From: Candidatus Saganbacteria bacterium
Lineage (GTDB): Bacteria > Margulisbacteria > WOR-1 > JAKLHX01
Assembly: GCA_026387835.1 (NCBI GenBank)
Contig: JAPLKZ010000001.1
Location: 1 to 21,841 of the forward strand
Length of the DNA: 21,841 bases
Direction: 5' to 3'
Below the pieces are notes generated by a model. That model was not told the origin of the DNA and ran no database searches. It saw only the letters and a program-made list of their open reading frames with translations. A program made the position numbers and the translations under genes. Positions 1 to 8,446 of this stretch are shown here, piece after piece; within the stretch, counting starts at the first letter, position 1, and the number at the start of each line of letters is the position of its first letter.

Positions 1-210
1 GATCAGCTTACGAGAATGATGGATGATATACGCGGTGAGATAGACAAGCCAGCAGACAAGAGGGATATACCCAATCTTGACGCTGTGTTGGGCGAAGTGC
101 TGGATTCATGCAGGGAGCAGATACTGGAGATAGAGTCATGGAGGCCATCGAGATATGAGGCGTTGGAACTCGTCGATGTTCTCAGCTCCGCTGAGTCGGG
201 GAAGCACTGA
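1..210 (+). CDS. C-terminal fragment of an unidentified protein, open at the 5' window edge
   Basis: Frame 1 is open from base 1 (DQLTRMMDDIRGEIDKPADKRDIPNLDAVLGEVLDSCREQ...ESGKH) to the TGA at 208-210. The next ORF starts 1 nt later at ATG 212. No family recognised. Confidence 0.5.
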   Translation, partial: DQLTRMMDDIRGEIDKPADKRDIPNLDAVLGEVLDSCREQILEIESWRPSRYEALELVDVLSSAESGKH

Positions 211-211
211 A

Positions 212-508
212 ATGACAGCGGATGAATTAGCATCAAGGCAGAGAAAAGCTATGTCCTTGAGTGTTACTGTGGTTGAGGATGGATATTCAGTGCCATCTTC
301 AAATGGCGGGGAGTATATTGTATCTTATGCGGATGATGGAAGACTTGTCTGTAAATGTGTGGATTTCGTCATACACAAAGCCGATTTGGATTGGCAGTGC
401 AAGCACATCCTTGCAGTCACCCTATTCCAGCAGAGAAGCAATATATCCCATCCATCACCGATCAGACCGATCAAGAGGACAAGGTATGACGTTATCGATC
501 TGGGTTAG
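212..508 (+). CDS. Small SWIM-zinc-finger-like protein
   Basis: The ORF contains YADDGRLVCKCVDFVIHKADLDWQCKHILAVTLFQ, matching the CxCx(n)CxH SWIM pattern. ATG at 212 directly follows the preceding stop, so this start is more plausible than the track start at 155. Confidence 0.6.
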   Translation: MTADELASRQRKAMSLSVTVVEDGYSVPSSNGGEYIVSYADDGRLVCKCVDFVIHKADLDWQCKHILAVTLFQQRSNISHPSPIRPIKRTRYDVIDLG

Positions 509-534
509 ATATAAAAAAGCGAGGTGATGAAAGA

Positions 535-744
535 TTGAGAGAGGAGAAGATACGGATAATTATTATGCCAGATGGCAGCAGCTTAGTGGAAGTGCTGGGC
601 GTCAAAGGCAAACGGTGCCTCAAGATAACTGAGGAGTTGGAAGGGGAGTTGGGCAATGTCACAGAGAGGAAAGCGAAAGCGGATATGCAGGAAAAAGAAA
701 ACACTGTCGTTACCAATCAGCAGCAGAATTTACATAGACGATGA
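535..744 (+). CDS. Small DUF2997-like protein
   Basis: The 69 aa product EEKIRIIIMPDGSSLVEVLGVKGKRCLKITEELEGELGNV resembles the I-x-P-D-G...V-x-G-x-x-G-x-x-C-x-x-x-T-x-x-L-E pattern of DUF2997 proteins. Recognised by eye only. Confidence 0.5.
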   Translation: MREEKIRIIIMPDGSSLVEVLGVKGKRCLKITEELEGELGNVTERKAKADMQEKENTVVTNQQQNLHRR

Positions 745-1379
745 CAGTGCGTCAAGATAACTAATATTGCAATGCCAAGAATATGGCTATTCTCTAATCC
801 TAATAGTGAATAAGGAGAACCAGATGGGCAAGGGAGAATGAGTAATAACTTGTCCAAAGCTCTGGTGAAAAGGCAGATAAGGGGCAAACGTTGAATGTCA
901 CCAAGACGGTCTGCTTACCTGTGATTGGAAATGGCTAAGGTGAGGTCGTGCGAACTTGAATCCGTGTTTGAAATCTCGTGATCTATGAACATCTCAAAAC
1001 AACGATATGGGATGTAGTAAAAAAGGTAATCCTTAATGCCGTCATGTAAGGATGAAAATCATATTCCCGAATGATGAAGCCTCTGGTTAAATTAGGATAT
1101 AAACCATGCTCTTTTTACGAGGGCGTAAAGAACGTAAAGATTAGAATCAAATCAATAAGACTCTATCCCTAAAACGGGGTGTAGCGGAAGCCTAAAACCA
1201 ATCGAAACAGTGCAATATTGGAACTTGAGAACTTCACATCTCGGTCAGAAATGACTGGATTAACTGCAATTGATGTGAGATGTGAAGGGCGGAAGATTCG
1301 TAGTAGTCTGAAGTATGGAAAGCATACTACAAGGCAAAGGAATCTAGCTAATCTAAAATTCTAAAAGGAAGTAGGGAGT

Positions 1380-2318
1380 ATGTTAGACATAGCCCAAAAA
1401 CAAAAGAATTTGGCTCTTAAAGCTAAAGAAAGACCAAAAGAAAGAATTGGTGGACTTTATTCCCTTATAAGTCAAAAAGAATGGATAATACAGTCCTTGT
1501 GGAATGTGCTACAAAATAGTGGTGCAAAAACAGAGGGTGTTGATGGAAAGGTAAAAGAAACGTATTACGATACAGCAAGACAATCACCAACACCTCAAGG
1601 AATAAAATTGGTAGAGGAAATATGTAGAGAATTGAATGAAAATCTATATAAACCCCAACCTGTGAAACGTATATACATTCCAAAAGCTAATGGGAAAATG
1701 AGACCTATCGGAATTCCAACCATCAAAGACCGAGTGGTGCAAGAAGCAATCAGAATGGTATTAGAACCAATATATGAGTCTGATTTTCTTGGTTGTTCAT
1801 ACGGATTCAGACCAAACAGAAATACGATGGATGCCATCTCAAACTGTTATAGGATGATGAACATACGACCTAAATACTACTGGGTCATTGAAGGTGATAT
1901 AAAAGGATGTTTTGATAATATTGATCACAAAATATTAATGAAACTCATCAAAAATCGGATCGCCGATAGAAAATTAGCGGATACAATTTACAAGTGTCTC
2001 AAAGCGGGTTACCAAGAGGATAATGGGCAAATATGTAAACCCAATGTGGGAACACCACAAGGTGGAATCATATCGCCATTACTAGCAAACATATACTTGT
2101 ATGAAATGGATAAATGGTGGGAACAAAACTACCACCTAAGCAAAAACAAAAGGACAACCCGCAGAAATAGAGGGCTAGGGAACTTCTACCTAATCCGCTA
2201 TGCAGATGATTTCATCATCCTTAGCAACGGAAAGAAAGAGGAAGTTTATAGATTCAAAGAGGAACTATTCAATTTCCTAAAAACAATGAAGCTAGAACTC
2301 TCAGAGGAAAAGACCTGA
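1380..2318 (+). pseudogene. ltrA: Group II intron reverse transcriptase, N-terminal part (RT0-RT5/6), truncated
   Basis: Contains GVDG, PKANGKMRPIGIPTIKDRVVQEA, SYGFRPNRNTMDAI, EGDIKGCFDNIDH, GTPQGGIISPLLANIYL and YLIRYADDFIILSNG. The frame stops after KLELSEEKT. Confidence 0.85.
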
Positions 2319-2808
2319 ACTGATCGAAACCTTGAAAAAATTGGACAGAGAATCCAAAAAGCTACAACCAATGGACTTCTACGATGAGAGTTACAGAAGA
2401 CTGAGATATTGTCGCTATGCAGATGACTTCATACTTGGCGTCGTCGGAACGAAAGATGAAGCAAGAGAGATCATGGAGAATGTCAGGAATTTCTTGAATT
2501 CAGAACTAAATCTCCGAACCGCAAGCGATAAGACAGGCATTAGCTCAGGTAAGGAAGGCACACAATTCCTGAGTTATAGTATCTCCATGTATAGCACCGA
2601 TAAGCTGGTGCGTATAAAGGTGAAAGGGAGATACATAAAGCGAAGGACAGTCTCTAACCGAGTATCTCTCAGAGTGCCAGATGGTAAAGCACAGAATTTC
2701 TGTCAACGATATGGCTATGGTAATTGGCAAACCAATAAGCCTACCCATAGCCAATACTGTATCAATCTTCTGACTTGGAGATTATCAGCACGTATAACGC
2801 AGAGCTAA
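2308..2808 (+). pseudogene. Second group II intron RT fragment with its own YADD motif and start of maturase domain
   Basis: RPELIETLKKLDRESKKLQPMDFYDESYRRLRYCRYADDFILGVVGTKDEA...FLSYSI...VSLRVPDGKAQNFCQRYGYG, with NKPTH maturase-like text. The track starts it at TTG 2332, but homology-like sequence extends upstream to about 2311. Confidence 0.75.
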
Positions 2809-3125
2809 GAGGATTGGCTAACTATTATTGTCTTGCTAATGATGTTAAAATGAAGCTAGGAAAATTGGAATATATTTGCAATTACAGCTTATTCCATACA
2901 CTTGCCGCAAGACATAATACCAAAAAGTCAACAATCCTGAGAAAGCTCAAAAGAGGGAATGAGTATGTTCACCGATACGATGTTAAAGGTGAACAGCGTG
3001 AGATCAAAGTTTTCAGGCTCAAACATATAGATAGAAAGCCAATAATGTGGAATGTCGACGAAGAACCCAATCCTCTATGTCTGAAATCAACCAGAAATGA
3101 ACTGGTGAAAAGGTTAAACTATTAG
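2775..3125 (+). pseudogene. Group II intron maturase (domain X) fragment, C-terminally truncated
   Basis: STYNAELRGLANYYCLANDVKMKLGKLEYICNYSLFHTLAARHNTKKSTIL...KSTRNELVKRLN, then one residue and a stop. Family members usually continue into a Cys/HNH-type C-terminal module at this point. Confidence 0.8.
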
Positions 3126-4207
3126 GGAACACGTGCCCTACTCTGTTACTATCCAATCTGCTTATATCCACAACTCATGACCCGCTTGCAGGTCTGCTTG
3201 GCTCAAACACAGATGGGAAGATATACTTGGCAGCGACAGACCTTGAGATCGGTATACGGGTTTCCGTAGATGGTCAGGTGACAGAGGGTGGCCCTATTAC
3301 AATACCAGCAAAGAAATTCGCTGCGATGGTGAAGGAGATGACGGATTCTGAGATACACCTGGTGACAATGCCGGAAGATAAGATAAGCATTACTTGTGGT
3401 TCAGCGAGGTTCAAGATAGCTGGATTACCCGCTGATGAGTTCCCTCCGTTAATAAATGAAAAAGATAATGATAAGAAGCTATCTTTTGTCTCTATGGACT
3501 CCAACGTATTGCTGACTATGATCCAGCAAACGTCATTCGCCGCTTCGAGAGAAGAAACGAGGCATTTCCTGAATGGCGTTCACATCAGCCTGAAAGAAAT
3601 ACTGGTAAAGATGGCAGCGACTGATGGCAAGAGATTGGCTGTGGCTACCGCAAACTTGGATGATGCAACTACGGAAGAGAAACAAGGTATAATACCTACC
3701 AAGGCAGTGGAGCGTCTCAAGGAGATGCTAACATACACTGTTATTGTGAAGATATGTTTGGACAATAGCCGCATAATCTTTGATATGGGTGATATTACAC
3801 TTGTTTCAAGGCTTATCGAGGGTGAGTATCCCGATTATGAAAAAGTGATACCAGTAGAGAACGGCATAAGGCTGACTATGGATACACAGCGACTGCTTTC
3901 CATAATTAAACGAATTGGGACGATGGCTAACCCAAAGACACCGGGTTTGACGATGGAGACTACAGGCGACATCCTAAAGGTGAAAGCATCAACACTGGAA
4001 TATGGCGAGGGCTGTGAGGAAACGCAAATAAAGAAGGAAGGCGACGACATAAGCATTGGACTCAATGCTCAGTATCTAATGGACATCCTGAAAGCCACTG
4101 ACAGAGATGAAGTGGTGTTTAGCATGAGTGATCCACTCAAGCCTATCCTGATGAAACCAGTCGGCAACGATGGCTATGTCTGTGTGATCATGCCGATGAG
4201 GTTATAG
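3122..4207 (+). pseudogene. dnaN: DNA polymerase III beta sliding clamp-like gene lacking its first roughly 20-25 codons
   Basis: TCPTLLLLSNLLISTTHDPLAGLLGSNTDGKIYLAATDLEIGI, then IPAKKFAAMVKEM, ARFKIAGLPADEFPPL, RHFLNGVHI, MAATDGKRLAVA, SRLIEGEYPDYEKVIP and a C-terminal VCVIMPMRL. The track ORF 3227-4207 starts at an internal TTG inside the conserved core, and the same frame is open upstream to 3101. A shortened protein could still be made. Confidence 0.85.
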
Positions 4208-4237
4208 CCCTTTAATATAGCTCATTAACAAATGCGG

Positions 4238-4259
4238 AAGGCTTTAATTCGAAAGCCTT
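4238..4259 (+). repeat. Small inverted repeat (8 bp stem) downstream of the clamp gene
   Basis: AAGGCTTT-AATTCG-AAAGCCTT. It has no T-run of its own and sits about 30 nt after the clamp stop. Confidence 0.5.
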
Positions 4260-4278
4260 TAGCTAAAGAATTTATATA

Positions 4279-4313
4279 GCGTCAATGACCTGAGTGTTAT
4301 TGACGCTTTTTTT
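4279..4313 (+). terminator. Rho-independent-like terminator
   Basis: GCGTCAAT - GACCTGAGTGTT - ATTGACGC hairpin (8 bp perfect stem) directly followed by TTTTTTT. Confidence 0.8.
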
Positions 4314-4367
4314 ATTGCTTATGACTGCATAAAAATCTGACGCATTCTCTTATGTCAAATTTTTCTA

Positions 4368-4396
4368 TTGACAGTCTCACATACGAGATTTACAAT
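4368..4396 (+). promoter_or_regulatory. Predicted sigma70-type promoter driving the cyclase/ATPase array
   Basis: TTGACA at 4368-4373, 17 bp spacer, TACAAT at 4391-4396. It lies between the terminator and the first array gene. Confidence 0.65.
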
Positions 4397-4479
4397 TTGT
4401 GAAGAATAGATCCTTATGGATTAGATATAAGACAATAAATCATAATAGCTGATTATTTTAGGTGAGAAAGAGAATCATA

Positions 4480-7400
4480 ATGCAATGCCCAAAGTGTAAG
4501 CACGATAATCGAGAAGGCAGGAAGTTTTGTGCCAAATGCGGCGCCAAAATGGGATGGGTATGTCCAAAGTGTGGCTTTGAAAATGAAGCAGATGAGCTGT
4601 TCTGTGGTGAATGTGGAACTAAGCTTGGAGAATTTCAACCACCAATACAACCTACTATTCCCAAACTAGAGGACATGCAAAGCAGACTATACATCCCGGA
4701 GCCGCTCAGGAAGCGAATGGACTCAGCTATGCAGGAAATGGAGGGTGAGAATCGTCTCATTACTACACTCTTCGCTGATATATCGGGCTTTACCCAACTA
4801 TCGCAGGAACTATCACCAGAGGATATAGTAGAGAAGGTCAACCAGTGTTTCCAAGCGATAACTGACGCCATCTATCGCTGTGAAGGCAATATCAATCGTT
4901 TCATTGGTGACTGCGTATTAGCGTTCTTCGGCGCTCCACTTACCCATGAGGATGACCCGTATCGTGCTGTCATGTCTGGACTGGATATGATAAGTGCAGT
5001 ATCCAATATTGGTCTGAATATCAAGGTTGGCATCAACACTGGCATGATGTACTTCGGTCCCATCGGCACACAGGAACACAGTGAGATCAGTGCTTATGGT
5101 GAAGATATAAACCTTGCTAAACGCCTACAAGAGTCTGCACAGCCCGGTCAGGTCATCGTGGGAGAGAGGACACACCGATACACCCGCAAAGCCTTCGAAT
5201 TTGAGCAATTGCCACCATTGGAACTTAAAGGCATAAAGAAACCCATATCAGCATATATAGCCATCAAGCAGTTGTCAAAGCCAGAGAAGATAAGGGGTAT
5301 AGAAGGCTTGAGAGCAGAGATGATAGGTCGTGATGAGGAACTTGGTAAACTCAAAGAATCGCTTGATGACGTGATACATGGTCGTGGTCAGATGGTATCA
5401 ATCATAGGCGAAGCTGGAGTCGGTAAGTCACGTCTGGTAACTGAACTGAAGAAGCTTGCTCTTAACACTGATAATTCAGGTCCATTATGGTTAGAAGGTC
5501 GCTGTCTTTCATTGGGAGTGACAGCAAGCTACTGGGCATTTATAGACATATTCAGAGAATACTTCGGATGGGGAACTGATGAATCAGACACTACAAGGGC
5601 AGAGAGTATAGTCTCATGCTTGAAGGATATAGTATCTCAAGGTGATATGACGGAGGATCGCTATGATGAGATAGGACCAATGCTAGGGAATTTGTTATCT
5701 GTCAAGTTTGGCAATGACTGGGACGATAGGCTTAAAACCGCAGACCCACAGCAGATCAAGCACAGGACGTTCATGGCAGTTAGAGATTTCTTCATCGCTC
5801 TTTGTAAACGCCAACCTGTTATACTGGTGTTTGAGGATTTGCACTGGGCAGACAGCCTATCGCTTGATTTGATCTCATTGCTTATGGAAGCGTTAACGCT
5901 TGCACCTTTATTCTTAGTATGCGTGTATCGTCCGGAAAAAGAGCATAAGTCATGGCATCTAGGAACGATAGCATCACAGAAATGCTCGGAGAGATACACA
6001 GAGATCCATCTTAGAGAACTAACACATCAGCAAAGCCAAAGGCTAATAGAGTCATTACTAAGAATTGAGGACTTGCCGGTATCTGTTAAGGAAATGATAT
6101 TGAGTAAGTCACAGGGCAACCCATTCTTCGTAGAGGAAGTCATCCGTTCATTGATAGAGATGGGAATGGTATACAGAGAGAACGACAAGTGGTTCGCAAG
6201 GGCAGGCATAGAGTCAATCGCCGTTCCAGAGAGTATTCAAAGCGTAATACTGAGTCGTATAGACAGGCTGGAAGATGAGTTACGGCATATCCTTCAGAGC
6301 GCATCGGTCATAGGGTGTTTATTCCGTAGAAACCTTCTTGAGAGAGTGACACAGCAGGAATCAGAATTGGAGCGTGACTTATGGGATTTAGAAGATCATG
6401 AGCTAATCTATCAAGAAAGAATAGTTCCAGAGGAGGAGTATTCATTCAAGCATGCCTTCACACAGGAAACGGTGTATGGAAGTATCCTATCACGCAGGCG
6501 TTCAGCGTTCCATCAGCAGGTGGCGGAAGCTATGGAACTGTTATATGGAGACAGCCTAAGCGAATATTATGAGCAGTTGGCATATCATTATGACAGGAGC
6601 AGTAATGCAGAGAAAGCAGTGGAATATCTGTTGAAGGCTGGTGAGAAGTCACGGGAAGCATACTTGAATGATGATGCTATCAGGTATTTCCAGTGTGCAT
6701 TAGAGCGACTTAATACTTCTAAGTTGAGTGAGTCAAGAAAGGATTTGAAATTATCCGCACTCAAAGACTTGGGACAGGTCTGCTTTGGAACTGGAAAACT
6801 TATAGAAGCTGAGAATTTCTTCCGACAAGCGATCTCTTTAGGGAAAGAAATGGATTTAGCTATCCGTGAATTAGTGCGGATTTATTATTGTTTAGGGGAT
6901 GTATTTTATTATCAAAGCCGATATGATGAAATGCTTCATATAGGAGAAGATGGATTAGCACTTTTGGGTGATGACACGGAATCTGTGGAATCTGCTTTGA
7001 TGAATGATACTATAGCACAAGGTTATGATTCCAAAGGAGATAATAAAAAATATCAGGAATTTATGTTACGGGACGTGCAACTCATTCAAAGATTACCCTA
7101 TTCGGTGGAAATTGTTGGTATTTATTCTCACATTGCTGAAATGTATTCAAATTATGGAAATTTGGAAGATACAATGAAATGGTTACAAATCCAAGAACAG
7201 AAAGGGATACAATATCATGATTTGAGAGTATTGGCTGAGATGCACTTATTTACAAGTTTCACCATTTCTGAAAAAAAAGGTGATTTTCGTGATGGTATTT
7301 CACACCTTCAATATAGCTTGGAACTATTCACTAAAATAGGGGATGTTAAACAAATAGGCACTTCTTTTACTATTATGGGATATTATTTCTTACAGCTTGG

Positions 7401-8427
7401 AGAGTTTCAAGAAGCCGAGGAATATATATACAAAGCACTAGAGATTGTAAAGAGCATAAACCATAGGAGAGATATAGGAATATCATACCTTTTTATTGGT
7501 AATCTCTCACTTTATAAGTGTTTGTTTGAAAAAGCTATAGACAATTATCAAAAAGCCATTCAAATCTTTCAAGAGATTGGTTTTGTTATACTTGAGAAAT
7601 GGACATTTATCTGTTTAGGTCGCGCATATTTGGCCTTTGGAAAACATCAAGAAGCTCTAAAACAATTTCAAGGGACAATTGATTATGATCTCGGTGGTGC
7701 ATTAAGCGGGTTGGAAGAGATTTATATAGCAGAGGAATTCCAAGCCTTCTGTCGTAGCTTCAGAGAGGAGCATCCCTACGCTGGAGGCTCTCAATTCGTC
7801 CAATGGTTTCTGGAACCGTCAGAAGCCAGAGATTTCCCAAGAAGACTATTCCTTGACGATTTTGCAGAATCTCTTTCATCATGGAACTGGAATGATCCGT
7901 TTGGTGATTGCTCACACACAACAAATAATGATCTGGAAATTCATGCGGCAAATGGACGAAATCTCCAGTATCTTAATCTGAGTGCACCAAGAATTCTTCG
8001 ATTAGCAGAAGGGAACTTCGCTATCCAGACTGTTTGTATTCCTGTATCGGAAGATAAACCTACCATCGGTGGAATCCTGATCTGGAAGGATAAAGATAAT
8101 TACCTTCGCCTCGACAGAGGAACAAGGGGTAAATATGAGATCAACTTCTCAGGCTTCATTATAAACCAGTACTTAACCTTCGGTCGTGGGCGTCTGGTTT
8201 CTGATAGAATATTCTTGAGGCTTGAGCGGATTGATAACACAGTCAATGCCCTTTGCAGTCCAGATGAAAATGAATGGTTCACTGTCGGTCATGTAGAATT
8301 CCTTGTTGATGATCCTGTAGAGATTGGGCTTTTCGCCATCGGTATGATAGACCGCACCATCTATCACGGCGCATTTCCTGATGGAACAGCCATCATGTTT
8401 GAGTCATTCGAGTTGTGGGGACAATGA
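4480..8427 (+). CDS. Array gene 1: double zinc ribbon + class III nucleotidyl cyclase + AAA/STAND-like ATPase + TPR-like region + C-terminal concanavalin-like domain
   Basis: MQCPKC...FCAKCG...CPKCGF...FCGECG ribbons. Cyclase motifs TLFADISGFT, NRFIGDCVLAFFGAP, GINTGMMYFGPIG and GEDINLAKRL. Walker A IGEAGVGKSRL and Walker B ILVFEDLHWAD. TPR-like helices, then a beta-rich C-terminus (FLDDFAESLSSWNW...FLRLERIDNTVNALCSPDENEW). The track starts it at GTG 4462; ATG 4480 matches the paralogue starts better. Confidence 0.9.
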   Translation: MQCPKCKHDNREGRKFCAKCGAKMGWVCPKCGFENEADELFCGECGTKLGEFQPPIQPTIPKLEDMQSRLYIPEPLRKRMDSAMQEMEGENRLITTLFADISGFTQLSQELSPEDIVEKVNQCFQAITDAIYRCEGNINRFIGDCVLAFFGAPLTHEDDPYRAVMSGLDMISAVSNIGLNIKVGINTGMMYFGPIGTQEHSEISAYGEDINLAKRLQESAQPGQVIVGERTHRYTRKAFEFEQLPPLELKGIKKPISAYIAIKQLSKPEKIRGIEGLRAEMIGRDEELGKLKESLDDVIHGRGQMVSIIGEAGVGKSRLVTELKKLALNTDNSGPLWLEGRCLSLGVTASYWAFIDIFREYFGWGTDESDTTRAESIVSCLKDIVSQGDMTEDRYDEIGPMLGNLLSVKFGNDWDDRLKTADPQQIKHRTFMAVRDFFIALCKRQPVILVFEDLHWADSLSLDLISLLMEALTLAPLFLVCVYRPEKEHKSWHLGTIASQKCSERYTEIHLRELTHQQSQRLIESLLRIEDLPVSVKEMILSKSQGNPFFVEEVIRSLIEMGMVYRENDKWFARAGIESIAVPESIQSVILSRIDRLEDELRHILQSASVIGCLFRRNLLERVTQQESELERDLWDLEDHELIYQERIVPEEEYSFKHAFTQETVYGSILSRRRSAFHQQVAEAMELLYGDSLSEYYEQLAYHYDRSSNAEKAVEYLLKAGEKSREAYLNDDAIRYFQCALERLNTSKLSESRKDLKLSALKDLGQVCFGTGKLIEAENFFRQAISLGKEMDLAIRELVRIYYCLGDVFYYQSRYDEMLHIGEDGLALLGDDTESVESALMNDTIAQGYDSKGDNKKYQEFMLRDVQLIQRLPYSVEIVGIYSHIAEMYSNYGNLEDTMKWLQIQEQKGIQYHDLRVLAEMHLFTSFTISEKKGDFRDGISHLQYSLELFTKIGDVKQIGTSFTIMGYYFLQLGEFQEAEEYIYKALEIVKSINHRRDIGISYLFIGNLSLYKCLFEKAIDNYQKAIQIFQEIGFVILEKWTFICLGRAYLAFGKHQEALKQFQGTIDYDLGGALSGLEEIYIAEEFQAFCRSFREEHPYAGGSQFVQWFLEPSEARDFPRRLFLDDFAESLSSWNWNDPFGDCSHTTNNDLEIHAANGRNLQYLNLSAPRILRLAEGNFAIQTVCIPVSEDKPTIGGILIWKDKDNYLRLDRGTRGKYEINFSGFIINQYLTFGRGRLVSDRIFLRLERIDNTVNALCSPDENEWFTVGHVEFLVDDPVEIGLFAIGMIDRTIYHGAFPDGTAIMFESFELWGQ

Positions 8428-8446
8428 TATTGTATGAGGTTTCATT

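Larger units (their letters stand above)
747..3121 (+). mobile_element. Degenerate, probably chimeric group II intron, 3'-truncated
   Basis: GTGCG-type 5' boundary at 747-751. About 630 nt of non-coding, domain-I-like sequence follows, then a group II intron reverse transcriptase/maturase ORF broken by frameshifts. No recognisable domain V (GAGC...GAAA...GYUC hairpin) or VI before the clamp frame begins. The 3' boundary is approximate, set by where maturase homology stops. Confidence 0.75.

Noticed and set aside
155-211. Upstream start of the SWIM-like ORF at 155
   Set aside because: It overlaps the preceding ORF by 56 nt. ATG 212 immediately after the TGA at 208-210 gives a compact operon-like arrangement and a plausible N-terminus.
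747-3121. Active, splicing group II intron
   Set aside because: Two reading-frame breaks, a duplicated YADD region, a truncated maturase C-terminus and no recognisable domain V/VI argue that it is inactive in cis.
3227-3229. TTG at 3227 as the genuine start of the clamp gene (track call MAATDLEIGI)
   Set aside because: Clamp-like sequence (TLLLLSNLLI...DGKIY) continues in frame upstream of it, so this is an internal codon of the conserved N-terminal domain. It is a gene-caller artefact or at best a secondary start.
4238-4259. Inverted repeat AAGGCTTT...AAAGCCTT as a terminator
   Set aside because: It is not followed by a T-rich tract. The better terminator is the hairpin at 4279-4313, so this is listed only as a repeat.
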